The notes under the pieces were generated by a model that was not told the DNA's origin, ran no database searches, and was given only the letters and a program-made list of their open reading frames with translations. 64,000 nucleotides of DNA. Source: an uncultured Gemmatimonadales bacterium (GTDB taxonomy: Bacteria; Gemmatimonadota; Gemmatimonadetes; Gemmatimonadales; GWC2-71-9). Both the position numbers and the translations under genes were made by a program. The stretch covers positions 87,280 through 151,279 of the forward strand of contig CAWJIM010000006.1 in NCBI GenBank assembly GCA_963842945.1, in the 5' to 3' direction. Every line of letters begins with the position of its first letter. Positions within the stretch are counted from its first letter, which is position 1. Below are positions 39,543 through 50,316 of this stretch, piece by piece.

Positions 39543-40706
39543 CTACAATATTTCCGGAACAGGATTCAGCTCCCCCTCCTGAAACCGGCTGGGTCGGAGA
39601 GGACGGACGTCCATCGTCGAGGCCGCGCCGTCGCTTATTACCTCCGCCAGGAGCTGGCCCAGGGCCGGCGCATGCATCACTCCGTGCCCCGAGCAGCCAT
39701 TCAACAGGAACAGGTTGGGGCAGCCCGGGGCGGCGCCGAGGATGGCGTGCTTGTCGGGCGAGACCTCGTAGAGTCCGGCCCAGCAGGCGTCTCGGTCGAT
39801 AGTCGCGCGACGCAGGACCGGCACCCGCCGGTGTGCCTTTTCGACCACCGCCTCGATCCACTCACCGTCCACGCCAGTATCGAATGGTCGTCCCGGCACG
39901 CCGGGCGTGGGCCAGAGCAGCAGAATCCGCCCGTCCCGCACCCGCAGATGAAAGCCGTCGGCCGTGAAGATGGTCATCGGCATGGTGTCGGGCAGGAGGT
40001 CGGTCGGTGCGGTTGCGGCCACCTGTCGCCGGAGCGGGGCGACCGGCAGATCGAGACCGGTCCACTGCGCCACCTGGGCGGCCCACGGGCCGGCTGCGTT
40101 TACCACTGCCTCCGGGGAAACCGGACCCCGGGAGGTCTCCACGACGGCAATGCGATTGCTCTCCGCGAGCCTGAGCCCGGTGACCTCGACCTGCCATTCC
40201 AGCTCCGCCCCCAGCCTCCGGGCCGCGGCGAGATACCCTTCAACGATGCCCAGGGGACGGATGAAACCGTCGCTGGGGCAGAACGCTCCCCCGATTACCT
40301 CATCGAGAGCGACTGCGGGATTGAGCCGCACAATCTCCTCCGGCCCCACCTCGACCGCCTCGGTCAGGCCCTCCTGGTGCTGAACTCTCCGCGCTGCCCG
40401 GAGTACCTCGAGCTCGCTGGCCGTGGAAGCGAGCCAGAGGTACCCCGCCGGAAGGTATCCCGCATTCCCACCCGTCTCCTCGGTAAAGCAGCGGAGCTTG
40501 TCGCGGGAGAGCAGCGACAGCCGCACATTGATCGGCGTGGCGTATTGGGCGCGGAACCCGCCGGTCGCCTTGCCGGTGCTGCCCTGCCCGGGGCCGTGGG
40601 AGCGGTCGAGCACCAGGATGTCGCGCCAGCCTCGGCGCGCGAGGTGATATGCCACGCTCGCGCCGATCACGCCGGCACCGATGATGACGACCGAGGCCGT
40701 CCTCAT
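39543..40706 (-). CDS. FAD-dependent oxidoreductase (DAO/glycine-sarcosine oxidase-like)
   Basis: The Rossmann motif [21 protein letters not shown], plus GFRAQY and [16 protein letters not shown]. Its ATG overlaps the VOC stop codon (ATGA). Confidence 0.85.
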   Translation of the reverse strand: MRTASVVIIGAGVIGASVAYHLARRGWRDILVLDRSHGPGQGSTGKATGGFRAQYATPINVRLSLLSRDKLRCFTEETGGNAGYLPAGYLWLASTASELEVLRAARRVQHQEGLTEAVEVGPEEIVRLNPAVALDEVIGGAFCPSDGFIRPLGIVEGYLAAARRLGAELEWQVEVTGLRLAESNRIAVVETSRGPVSPEAVVNAAGPWAAQVAQWTGLDLPVAPLRRQVAATAPTDLLPDTMPMTIFTADGFHLRVRDGRILLLWPTPGVPGRPFDTGVDGEWIEAVVEKAHRRVPVLRRATIDRDACWAGLYEVSPDKHAILGAAPGCPNLFLLNGCSGHGVMHAPALGQLLAEVISDGAASTMDVRPLRPSRFQEGELNPVPEIL

Positions 40707-41120
40707 GCGGTGAAGACGTGCTCCGGATGTTTGAAGCTTTTGAACTCGAGCGCGTTCCCGCTGGGGTCGAGGAGGAACATGGTCGCCTGCTCTCCCGGCT
40801 GTCCCGCGTAGCGGATTCTGGGCTCGAGAATGAAGGCAATCCCCGCGCTGCGGATGCGGTCGGCCAAAGCCGAAAACGCACCCCACTCCAGCAGCGCCCC
40901 GAAATGCGGCATGGGCACCTGAACGCCCTCGACCTGCCCGGTATTCTGGGTCGGCAGTCACCGGCCCGGTGGTGTGCGCCGAGATCTGGTTGCCGAAGAA
41001 ATCGAAGTCGACCCAGGTATCGGTGCTGCGTCCCTCGGTGCAGCCGAGGATGTCGCCGTAGAACCGGCGCGTGGTAGAGAGATCCCGGACGAAGAAGGCG
41101 TAATGGAATGGTTGCGGCAT
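40703..41120 (-). pseudogene. VOC/glyoxalase-family protein with one frame disruption near 40955
   Basis: MPQPFHYAFFVRDLSTTRRFYGDILGC...ISAHTTGP continues in another frame as [25 protein letters not shown]...[22 protein letters not shown]. The six-frame track fuses it artificially to the FAD gene. Confidence 0.75.
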
Positions 41121-41284
41121 AGGAGGCGTACTCGTGGCCCGCAGGGATGATTGTTACTGCCTAGCTCGCTCCCAACCTAATCTGCACCCGTTCTGATGCT
41201 GGATGGGTTGTAACCTTCAGGTCACCTTTTGCGTAGCTTTGGGCCGAACCAGTCGCCCTACCTACAGCCGCCCGGAGATGTCTG

Positions 41285-43671
41285 ATGTGCTGCTCTCGTC
41301 CTTTCGTCTGGGCCTTGGCCCTATTCCTGCCTTTCGCTTCCACCGTCGCCGCCCAGGACAGTCTTACGGTCGACCGGATCTTCAACTCCAAGGAGTTCGT
41401 CCCCGAGCAGCTGGGGCGGGTTCGCTGGCTGGAGAAGGAAGCCGCGTATGTCAAGCTGGAGACAGACAGCACCACACCCGGTGGTCAGGCGCTCGCGCGC
41501 TATGATGCCGCTACCGGTAGGCGTGAGGTCTGGGTACCGGCCGCGCGGCTGGTGCCGCCGGGGGACTCGATGCCGCTCGCGGTGGAGGAATACACCGTCT
41601 CGCCGGATAAGCGCGGGCTCCTGATCTTCACCAACTCGCAGAAGGTCTGGCGGCTGAATACCCGAGGCGACTTCTGGTACCTCGACCTATCCACCTGGCG
41701 GCTGGGAAAGTTGGGCGGCGCTCAGGCCAAGCCTTCAACGCTCATGTTCGCCAAGTTCTCGCCGGATGGGAAACGGGTAGCGTATGTCCGGGAGAACAAT
41801 CTGTACGTGGAGGACCTAGAAAATCATCGCATCACGCAGCTCACTCATGACGGGTCTCGCACGATCATCAATGGGACCTTCGACTGGGTTTATGAGGAGG
41901 AGCTGAATCTGCGTGACGGGTTCCGCTGGAGCCCCGATGGCGCTCGCATCGCGTACTGGCAGCTCGATGCATCCGGGGTCCGCGATTTCCTCCTGATCAA
42001 CAACACTGACTCGCTGTACTCCTTCACCATTCCAGTGCAGTACCCCAAGGCGGGCACCACCAACTCGGCCGCGCGGGTTGGCGTGGTGAGCGCGTCGGGC
42101 GGCAACACAGTCTGGCTCCGTGTTTCCGGCGATCCCCGCAACAACTACATCGCCCGCCTCGATTGGGCGGGAAGCTCGGCTGAGGTCGTACTCCAGCAGC
42201 TCAACCGGCTGCAGAATACGCTGGTGGTGATGCTGGGAGACGCCAGGACCGGCCAGGTGCGTACGGTGCACACCGAGCGGGATAGCGCCTGGGTGGATGT
42301 GGAGAACGACCTGCGCTGGCTCAATGGAGGAAAGAGCTTCACTTGGATCAGCGAACGGGACGGCTACCGCCACCTGTACCTCATCTCACGGGACGGGAAG
42401 CAGCAGCGCCTGCTCACCCAGGGAGACTTCGACCTGCATAATCCTGCGAGTGCCTTCGGTGAGCCGCTCGTGGTGGGACAGGATTCCGCCGGCGGTTGGA
42501 TCTACTACACCGCATCGCCCGAGAACGCCACGCCAGCTGTACCTATTTCGTAGCCGTATCGACGGGAAGGGACCTCCCGAGCGACTGACTCCCAAGAATC
42601 AGTCCGGCTACCACCGATATTTCATCTCCGGCGATGGCCGGTGGGCAATTCACAACTACTCGTCCTTCGGCACTCCCCCCATCACCGATCTGGTCAGCCT
42701 TCCCGACCACAAGGTGATCCGGACCTTGGTGGATAATCGGCGACTGCGAGACGCCATCGCGAAGCTGAGCCCGGGACGAGCCGAGTTCGTGAAGGTCGCG
42801 GCGGGGCCGGGCCTGCAACTGGATGGCTGGGTCATGAAACCCCCGAGCTTCGACTCCACCCGTCGGTATCCGGTCTTCTTCGAGGTCTATGGCGAGCCAG
42901 CGTCGCAGACCGTACTGGATCGCTGGAATGGTGCGCGGGTATCTCTGGGATCTGATGTTCACCCAGCAGGGGTACGTGGTAGCCTCGGTAGATAATCGCG
43001 GTACACCCGCTCCCCGCGGCCGCGCGTTTCGCAAAGCCATCTACCAGAAGGTCGGAGTGCTCAATGTCGGCGATCAGGCCGCGGCGCTTCGCACCATGCG
43101 GAGCTGGCCCTGGGTAGACTCGACCCGGATTGGCGTGTGGGGCTGGAGTGGCGGCGGTTCGATGACCTTGCATCTGATGTTCCGCCATCCCGAGCTCTAC
43201 CAGACCGGCATGGCGGTGGCGCCCGAGGCCGACGTGCGGATGTATGACACGATCTATCAGGAGCGGTACCTCGGACTTCCGCAGCAGAGTCCCGAAGCCT
43301 ACCGCGAGGCCTCGGCAGTGACCTATGCGGGCAAGCTCCGCGGCAACCTTCTGGTAGTGCACGGCCAGGGAGACGACAATGTGCACTATCAGGCGACCGA
43401 GCGGCTGATCAATGCACTGGTTACTGCCAACCGGCCGTTCACCATGATGGAATATCCCAACCGAAGCCACTGCATCTGCGAAGGGGACGGGACGACGCTC
43501 CATCTCTTCTCACTCCTGACCCGATATCTGGAGCAGAATCTGCCGCCGGGGCCCCGCCCCGCGGCTTCTGCAGGATCGACCGAAGCGACTTCTGTCCCGT
43601 TCCGGACAGTCACAGTGACCTCACGCCTCCCTCGGTGCAGCCGAGGATATCGCCGTAGACCGGCGGGTTGA
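41285..43671 (+). pseudogene. Dipeptidyl-peptidase IV (S9B prolyl oligopeptidase family) with two frame disruptions (about 42532 and 42935). True C-terminus is probably near 43550.
   Basis: DPPIV N-terminal propeller text (FSPDGKRVAYVRENNLYV, INGTFDWVYEEEL). The catalytic GVWGWSGGGSM (GxSxG) is present, with Asp and His in HGQGDDNVHY and NRSHCI. The frame switches after ENAT and after DRWNGA. Confidence 0.85.
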
Positions 43672-43747
43672 GGAGAGATCCCGAACGAAGAAGGCGTAAT
43701 GGAATGGTTGCGGCATACGTGGCATGCTCATGGCCGGCAGGGGTTAC
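43599..43747 (-). repeat. Collapsed remnant copy of the VOC-FAD operon boundaries
   Basis: 43599-43620 matches 39515-39535 over 21 nt, just beyond the FAD gene stop. 43628-43747 is about 90% identical to 41031-41157, which covers the first 30 or so codons of VOC plus its upstream region. The 1.5 kb in between is absent. Confidence 0.75.
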
Positions 43748-43759
43748 CAGGGAGTGGGG

Positions 43760-46168
43760 TCATTCGCGAATGCCGATCCGGCGCACGACTTCCCGAATCT
43801 GGGGCTGGTTCCGCAAGGCGGGATAGGACGTTGCGCAGCGAAGGTAGAGGACATGGCTCGCGCGCTGCTCGAAGGCGGACTGGACCATCGCGATGGCTCG
43901 TCCGGTGTCACCCAGCGCAGTGTAGAGATCAATCAGATCAGCCGTGTACCGGTACCCCGGTCGCTGTTCGAGCCAAGGCACCAGTTGATATGCATCTCCC
44001 ACGCGGCCGGCGCGAGCGTAAGCTTTGGGCGAGTAGGGCAACGAACCAGGGATTGCTGTCGCTCACCGTCACGGCGCTCTCCAAGGCGGCTGTCGCCTCG
44101 GGATACATCGATTTCATCAGGTACTCGTCGCCCGAAGGCTGCTCTGAGCCAGTCCGGGCTGTCGCCCAGGCGGGCCTGCAACTCCTGCAACTCAGCAATC
44201 GCTTGATCGTGGCGGCCGGCGCAGGAATAGGCCCATGCCAGCTGGCGTTTAAGAAGCAGCGACAGCGGGTTCCGCTCCTGGGCCCGCTGGTAGTGAGTGG
44301 CCGCCTCCTCGTAGCGGCCCACCGCCATCAGGAACAGCGCATAAATCCACTGGTGCGAGTTCGGGTCGAGCGCCAGCGCCCGCTGGATCGACCGCTCCGC
44401 CCCCTCCCAATCCCACTCGCTGTTGAAGAGAACAAAACCAAGCGACGCGTGGGCCTGGGCCTCACTCGGGTCGAGCTCCAGGGCGCGCAACGCGGCCATC
44501 TTCGACTTCGGATAGAACTCCGCGGCCAGATCCTCATAGTTGCTGGCGATCCAATGGTAGGTCCGCGCCAGCTTGGCGTGGGCGGCGGCCCACTCGGGGA
44601 GCCAGCGCCACGGCCTTCTCCAGATTGGTGACGGCGGTGCGCAGTGCCTCCAGCCGGTCGGATCTGGTGAGCTCCGCCGCGACAATCTGCCGCTCCAGAT
44701 GGTACAGACCCTGAAGATAGGCTTCCTGAGCCTCGGGGCTCACGGATGGCTGCGGCGAGTCGCGAATCCGGTTCGGGCGCGGCCCTCGCGTGGATGGCGC
44801 TGCCGACCGCGCGCGCGACCTCGCCCTGGAGCGCGATGGCATTCCGGAGCGCCCCATGGTAGGTGCCGGCCCACATGTGCCCCTCGGGATCGGCGCGGAT
44901 GAGCTGCACCGTGATCCGGACGCTGTCCTTGGCCCGAAAGACTGAGCCCTCGAGGAGCGCATCCACCCCCAGCTCGCGGGCGATCACGGGCACCGGTCGA
45001 TCGGTCCCCTGGTACTGGACGGTCGATTGTCGCGAGATCACCGTCAGCTCCGGTATCTGACTCAACTCGGTCACCAGGGCCTCGTGCATGCCATCCACGA
45101 AGTATTCCTGCCGTTCATCCCCGGTAAGGTTCGCCAGCGGCAGCACGGCCAGCCGGCGGATCTCCGGGAGTCGCGGGCCGGAGTTGATTCCTGATCGCCC
45201 AACCCGCGGCCATGAGTAGCGGCCAGCATCGCCGCCAGGATCCCGACCCTCTTCCAGAGAGGCCCGGGACCGCCTCAGCCAGGCGGGCACGACCCATCCG
45301 GCTTCCGGCCGGAAGCGTCGCTGCGGCGACTCCGGCAGGTGGGCCGGTCGAGGACCCTGCTACCCGCATGCCAGCCTTGGAATTCCGCTCCCGAGCCGCG
45401 GGAGCGAAGCCCACTTTGATGATCCAGTGCGGCCGCCTGACTCTCTCTGGATTCAGCGCGGATCCTCGCCACCAACGCCTGCGTCTCGGCCGACGGCTCC
45501 AGCTCGTACTCCCCCTCCAGCTTCCAGGCGAAGGCCTCGTAGGCCCGCACGGCGGCCGCCCGGTCACCCACGCGCTCCAGCAGGAGAATCAGCCGACGAA
45601 GCGCAGTCTCGTCGGTCGGAGAGAAGGCGACTGCACGGCGCGCCGCCTCGACCGCGCCGGCAGCATCCCCCTCCCGCTCCCGCTCTGCCGCCAGCGCCCA
45701 TCCCGCCTCTCCTGCCCGCTGCCTCAGTCGACTGCGCTCCTGGTCCAGCCAGCGCTCGAAATCCGGCGCGCCTGAGATGTGGAACCCCGCCAGCAGCTCG
45801 CCCCGATAGAGGGCGAGCGCATCGGCCGGTCGCCCCTGGTCTACCGCCGCTTCGAACGCCCAGACATCACAGCTGACCTGCTCGGGCGCGAGGGCCAGCT
45901 CTTCGTCGCCCCGGGACACGATCGTCTTGGGTCCCAGCGCGCGGCGCAGGAAATAGACCGACTGCCGGAGGGCATGCCGGGCCTGCTCGGCATCGTACTC
46001 CGGCCAGAAGAGGGCAAAGAGGGTGTCACGGCGGTGGAAGCCGCGGGGTGAGGCGAGAGCGAGATAGCAGAGGAGGGCGGCGCGTCGGGGCTGGGCGAGA
46101 ACGGAACCGACGGCGCTGTTTTCGGCCGAGGTCAGCTCCAGGGCGCCCAGGGTACGCAGCTCGATCAT
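43760..46168 (-). pseudogene. SARP-like regulator with wHTH, BTAD, TM, a TolB-N-like domain and TPR (BTAD1), with at least 5 frame disruptions
   Basis: The N-terminus is intact for about 250 aa (LGALELT...RRAALLCYLAL...YRGELLAGF...AVRAYEAF). The text RRLAVLPLANLTGDERQEYFVDGMHEALVTELS and the TPR text are scattered over three frames. Confidence 0.75.
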
Positions 46169-46191
46169 TCCAGAGATCCGGCAGGCGGGGC

Positions 46192-46229
46192 GTCACCCGG
46201 CGGTGACGGTCGGAGGACTGCGAGGTGAC
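46192..46229. promoter_or_regulatory. Palindrome GTCACC-N4-GGTGAC plus GGTGACG direct repeats spaced 22 nt apart, in the BTAD1/cupin divergent intergenic region
   Basis: GTCACCCGGCGGTGACGGTCGGAGGACTGCGAGGTGACG. The same arrangement recurs upstream of BTAD2 at 50279..50316. Confidence 0.4.
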
Positions 46230-46359
46230 GCGCGTCGCGGAGACTCTCCTAACCTAAGCCGCCGCACGCCCCCTGGCAAGCAGGAGCCGAGGTCAAGCGG
46301 CGTGCGGCCGAGGGCGCTCCTGCGCAGTTGGAGAACCACCCTGTACCGGAAGGTGTCCC

Positions 46360-46891
46360 ATGTCACGGCTACACGTCTTGCTGCTGTTCTTGCTCGCTTG
46401 GGCGGGTGCTCGAGACGAGCCCGCCGCGCCAGCCGCCTCGGTCCCCCTCAGCCCACAGCTACACGATCGGCTCAGGAGTCGCCCGGACGGACCTCGGCCA
46501 AGCCACGTTCGACGTTGATAAGGTCAGGCGAAGTCAGCGACGACTGGCACTTCGATCCTGAACACCAAGAACGGCTTTGAGCTCGCGGTTCGAACATTCA
46601 AGTACGACCCAGGCTGCTTTCACGGGGTGGCACAAGCATCCCGGGCCCCGTCTTCATCCAGGTCGTCAGGGGCACGGTGACCTTTTACGAAGCGGATGAC
46701 CCGAGCTGCAGCGCCTATCGTGGTGGATTCGGGCGAGCCTACCTGGACCTTGGCGCGCATGGTCACATCGGCCGGAATGAGACAGCCGATCACGGCGCAG
46801 GATGTAGACCGTCCTGTTCGGTCGACCGGGGACTGCGCCGTCCGACTTTCGCATCGATCTGAGCCCGGCACCAGGGAACTGCCCGTTCTAG
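46360..46891 (+). pseudogene. Small secreted cupin-like protein, heavily frame-disrupted (at least 4 events)
   Basis: Signal peptide MSRLHVLLLFLLAWAG. The fragments FELAVRTFKYDPGCFHGWHKHPGPVFIQVVRGTVTFYEADDPSC, HGHIGRNET and VLFGRPGTAPSDFRIDLSPAPGNCPF* lie in different frames. Confidence 0.55.
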
Positions 46892-47225
46892 AGTAGACCG
46901 ATTTCGCAGGACTCAGACAAAACTCTGAGTGCTAATTGCGAGTATCTCGTCGCCGGTCGCGGACTCAGCCCACGGGGCCGCGACCGGGCGACGCTTCCCA
47001 CCATTTCAGCCGAGACCACCAGGCGAGCTTCGAGGTATCGAGGCGATGCTACTGGAGGTGCATAATGACCCGCATTCCACCGCTCCCCGATCACTCCCGT
47101 AGCCCTTCTTCTACTCCTCGACTGTCACGACGCCCAGGCCCCCACTACACCCACTTCCGGGAACTGACTGCGGGGACGATCGCACCCACCGTTCACCGAC
47201 CTTCGCGGGCTCAGGCGACAGATCG

Positions 47226-50200
47226 TCGGTATGCGTCATTCACGCCGCAGTCGCGTGAGCTCTCGCAGGGCGGCTTGCGCCTCCTCCAGCTTGGGCTGAA
47301 GCTCGGGATCGGCGTCCTGCCAGTTGTCGATGAAGAAAGCGTAAGCCTCTTGCGCTCGATCGAGCTCGCCCAGCTTTTCGTGGAGCCGGGCCCGATCGCG
47401 GGCGGCGAGTGGATCAACCTCATGACCACTGGAAGGACTCGAAGTACGGCAGAGCGTCCCGCGGCCTTCCCACCTCCTCCAGGAGCAGGCCGAGCCAGCG
47501 CCGGAACAAAGCGTTCAAGATTTCACGCGAGCGATACCCATTTGCTTCCCACCCAGTCGCCGTCCCGTTGAGCGAGGCTCAGCAGCTCCAGGGCCTTCTC
47601 TTTCTCGCCGCTCCTCCACCATCCATAGCCTTCGAGCCCGCGTGCCGCGGCATTCGCGAAGTCGGCTTTCACGGTATCGCCCGCATCGCGGAGACTGCGT
47701 GCGTGGGCACGCATGCGAGACAGTGCCCTGGCATGTTCATCCCACTGTGCCCGATCCACCGCGTAAGCTCCCCCGGAGAACAGCTGCACAATGTCCGAGC
47801 TGTCGACCCGCGAGACCGAGGAATCGAGCAGCTCGTTGGCGACGGGAAGATCCCAACTACGCAGGGGAATAAAGCATCCCCGCCTTCCATTCCGGCGGCC
47901 CCGAGCGTCGTTCCAGCTCCTGCATGGCCGAGCGCATCTCGCCCCGGCCCATCCTGGCCCAGAAGAGATCGGCCGCGAGCAAGAGCGAAGCGTTCGCTAC
48001 GTTTGGAGGCGAATCGCAGAAGGTCACCTCGCAACAACGCCGATCGTGGACTACCTGGGCCGGAGAGCAGTGACCATAGCGCCAGAAGATGGCTCAGGAA
48101 CTGGAGGAACCCCGAGATCGGCCCAGCCCTGTGCCCGCCCGGCAGTATCGCCAAAGGCGAAGGCGAAGCCTACGGTATAGGCAGCGCTGTACCAATCGTC
48201 GGGAGCCAGCTGCCGGTATTTTCCGAGCAGTCGGGCAGCTCTGGCGCTATCCCCGGCTGCGAAAGCATTCTCAATCAGGTGGATGTAGGCGGGGGCGAAG
48301 CTGGGATCCAGCTCGACGGCCTTCCCGAACGCGCGGTCGGCATCCTCCCGGCCTACGAGCGCCTGGGTTCCCAGGTGCTGGTAGTCCTCCCCTAGCAAGT
48401 ACCAGGACTGGGCATCATCGGGATACTTCCGCACCTCGTCCTGGAGCACCCTCACCCCGCTCAACCTGCCCTCCCTCGAGGCGATCCCGGCTCGGATCAG
48501 AGCCGCCTCGTGGGCGGGGAGTCGTTCCGCGAGGCGGGCAGCGTTGATCAGTACGACCGAGTCGGGTGGATCCGTCCCGGCCCAGCTCTGGACCAGCCAC
48601 AGTCGGGCCCAGGCCAGAGCGAAATTCGAATCGGCCTCGACCGCTCGACTGTATGCCCGGCCGGCACTCTCGAAATCGGACCCGCGGAACAGCGTCTCGC
48701 CCTCGAGGTAAGCCTTGAGTGCAGGTAGGGACGCCGTGGTTGCACGGACGAGCCCGAACCGCGACATGTCCTGCTTTCGCTCGGGGAGAGCCACGCGGAG
48801 GACCTCCAGCGACAGCTGATCCACGAGCCCGAAGATGTACGCGGTCGGACCTTCGACCTGCCCGTACGGATCATCCTCCGCCGGGGCACATCGTAGACCC
48901 CAGCCGTGAGTCGCATGCCGCGACCGCTGGTCACGACACTCCCGATCACCGCGTACCGAGCTCCGGTCCGACTTGCCACCTCGAGTGCCGTCTCCAGGTC
49001 CGCCGCCTGGGCGTCCTTCACGCGTTCGCGCCAGCGGGCGAGCACCGTCCGACTGTGCACTGCGCGGACGCCGGGCACGCCACTCAAGTTCGTGGAGAGG
49101 AGGTCCACCATCCCCTCGCGCCAAGTCTCAAAGCCAGCGCCACGGATCTCGAAGGGCAGGATCGCGATGCTGGAGCTCGCGTCCGCCGCCAGGGCTTCCG
49201 CGGGGCCAGATCCTGGCCCTCGCTGATGGGAGAAGAGATAGAGTCCGATCAGGACCAGGAGGCCGAGAGCAGCTACACCGAGCAGAACGGACCGTGGTGG
49301 GTGTCGGACGGCGGGTTCGAGGCTTGCCGGCTCGTCCAACGCAGTTCGCGACCCCCGGCCAGCCCGAAGAGGGGGCGTGAGTTGCACAGCCGTCTTTTGG
49401 TTCCGGGCGGACCCGTTCAGCACAAGGGTGTTGCCCGACGGAACCAGATCTGGAGCGATGCCAGCATTGGGGTCCCCGTTCCCAGCCGCAGGACTGAGCC
49501 GATCGTCCCGCTCCCTTGCGGCCGCCTGGTTCTGTCCGGGCCCGGCGCGGATCCTTGCCAGTAACGCCTGCGTCTCGGGCGACGGCTCCAGCTCATACTC
49601 CGCATTCAGCTTACAGGCAAACGCCTCATAGGCGCGCACGGCGGCCGCCCGGTCACCCACCCGCTCCAGCAAGAGCACCAGGCGACGAAGCTCAGTCTCA
49701 TCGATCGGGGAGAGCGCGGCTGCACGGCGGCCCGCCTCCACCGCACCGGCAGCATCTCCCGCTCGCTCCCGCTGTTCGGCCAGCGCCCAGGCCGCCTCTC
49801 CGGCTCGCTGCCTCAGCCGGCTGCGCTCCTCATCCATCCAGTGCTCGAAGTCCGGAGCATCTGAGATGTGAAATCCGGCGAGCAGCTCGCCCCGATAAAG
49901 GGCCAGCGCAGCAGCCGGCCGCCCTTGCTCTATCGCTGCATCGAAAGCCCAGACGTCACACCGCACCTGTTCGAGCGCGAGGGCGAGCTCCTCGTCGCCA
50001 CGTGCCACGATAGTCGTTGTGCCCAAGGCCCTACGAAGGAAATAGACCGACTGCCGGAGGGCATGCCGGGCCTGCTCGGCGTCGTACTCGGGCCAGAAGA
50101 GGGCAAACAGCGTGTCACGGCGTTGGAAACCGCGGGGCGACGCGAGGGCGAGATAGCAGAGGAGGGCTGCACGGCGGGGCTGCGCCAAAACCGAACCGAC

Positions 50201-50257
50201 GGCTGTGCTGTCGGCCGAGGTCAGCTCCAGGGCCCCCAGAGTACGCAATTCGACCAT
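47226..50257 (-). pseudogene. SARP-like regulator with wHTH, BTAD, TM, a TolB-N-like domain and TPR (BTAD2), with at least 4 frame disruptions
   Basis: The first 440 or so aa are in one frame, and the N-terminus is near-identical to BTAD1. It includes the TM segment SVLLGVAALGLLVLIGLYLF and IAILPFEIRG. The TPR part continues in other frames and ends EEAQAALRELTRLRRE*. Confidence 0.75.
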
Positions 50258-50278
50258 TGCAGAGCCAGCAGACGGGGC

Positions 50279-50316
50279 GTCACCCAGTGGTGACGGTCAG
50301 AGGACTGCGAGGTGAC
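50279..50316. promoter_or_regulatory. Palindrome GTCACC-N4-GGTGAC plus GGTGACG direct repeats spaced 22 nt apart, upstream of BTAD2
   Basis: GTCACCCAGTGGTGACGGTCAGAGGACTGCGAGGTGACG, lying in a roughly 120-nt block conserved with 46169..46290. Confidence 0.4.

Noticed and set aside
39543-41120. A single 525-aa ORF that looks like a VOC-FAD oxidoreductase fusion protein.
   Set aside because: The VOC C-terminal half, with its own stop codon, is present in another frame (40703-40918). That stop overlaps the FAD gene ATG as ATGA. The apparent fusion results from one frame break near 40955.
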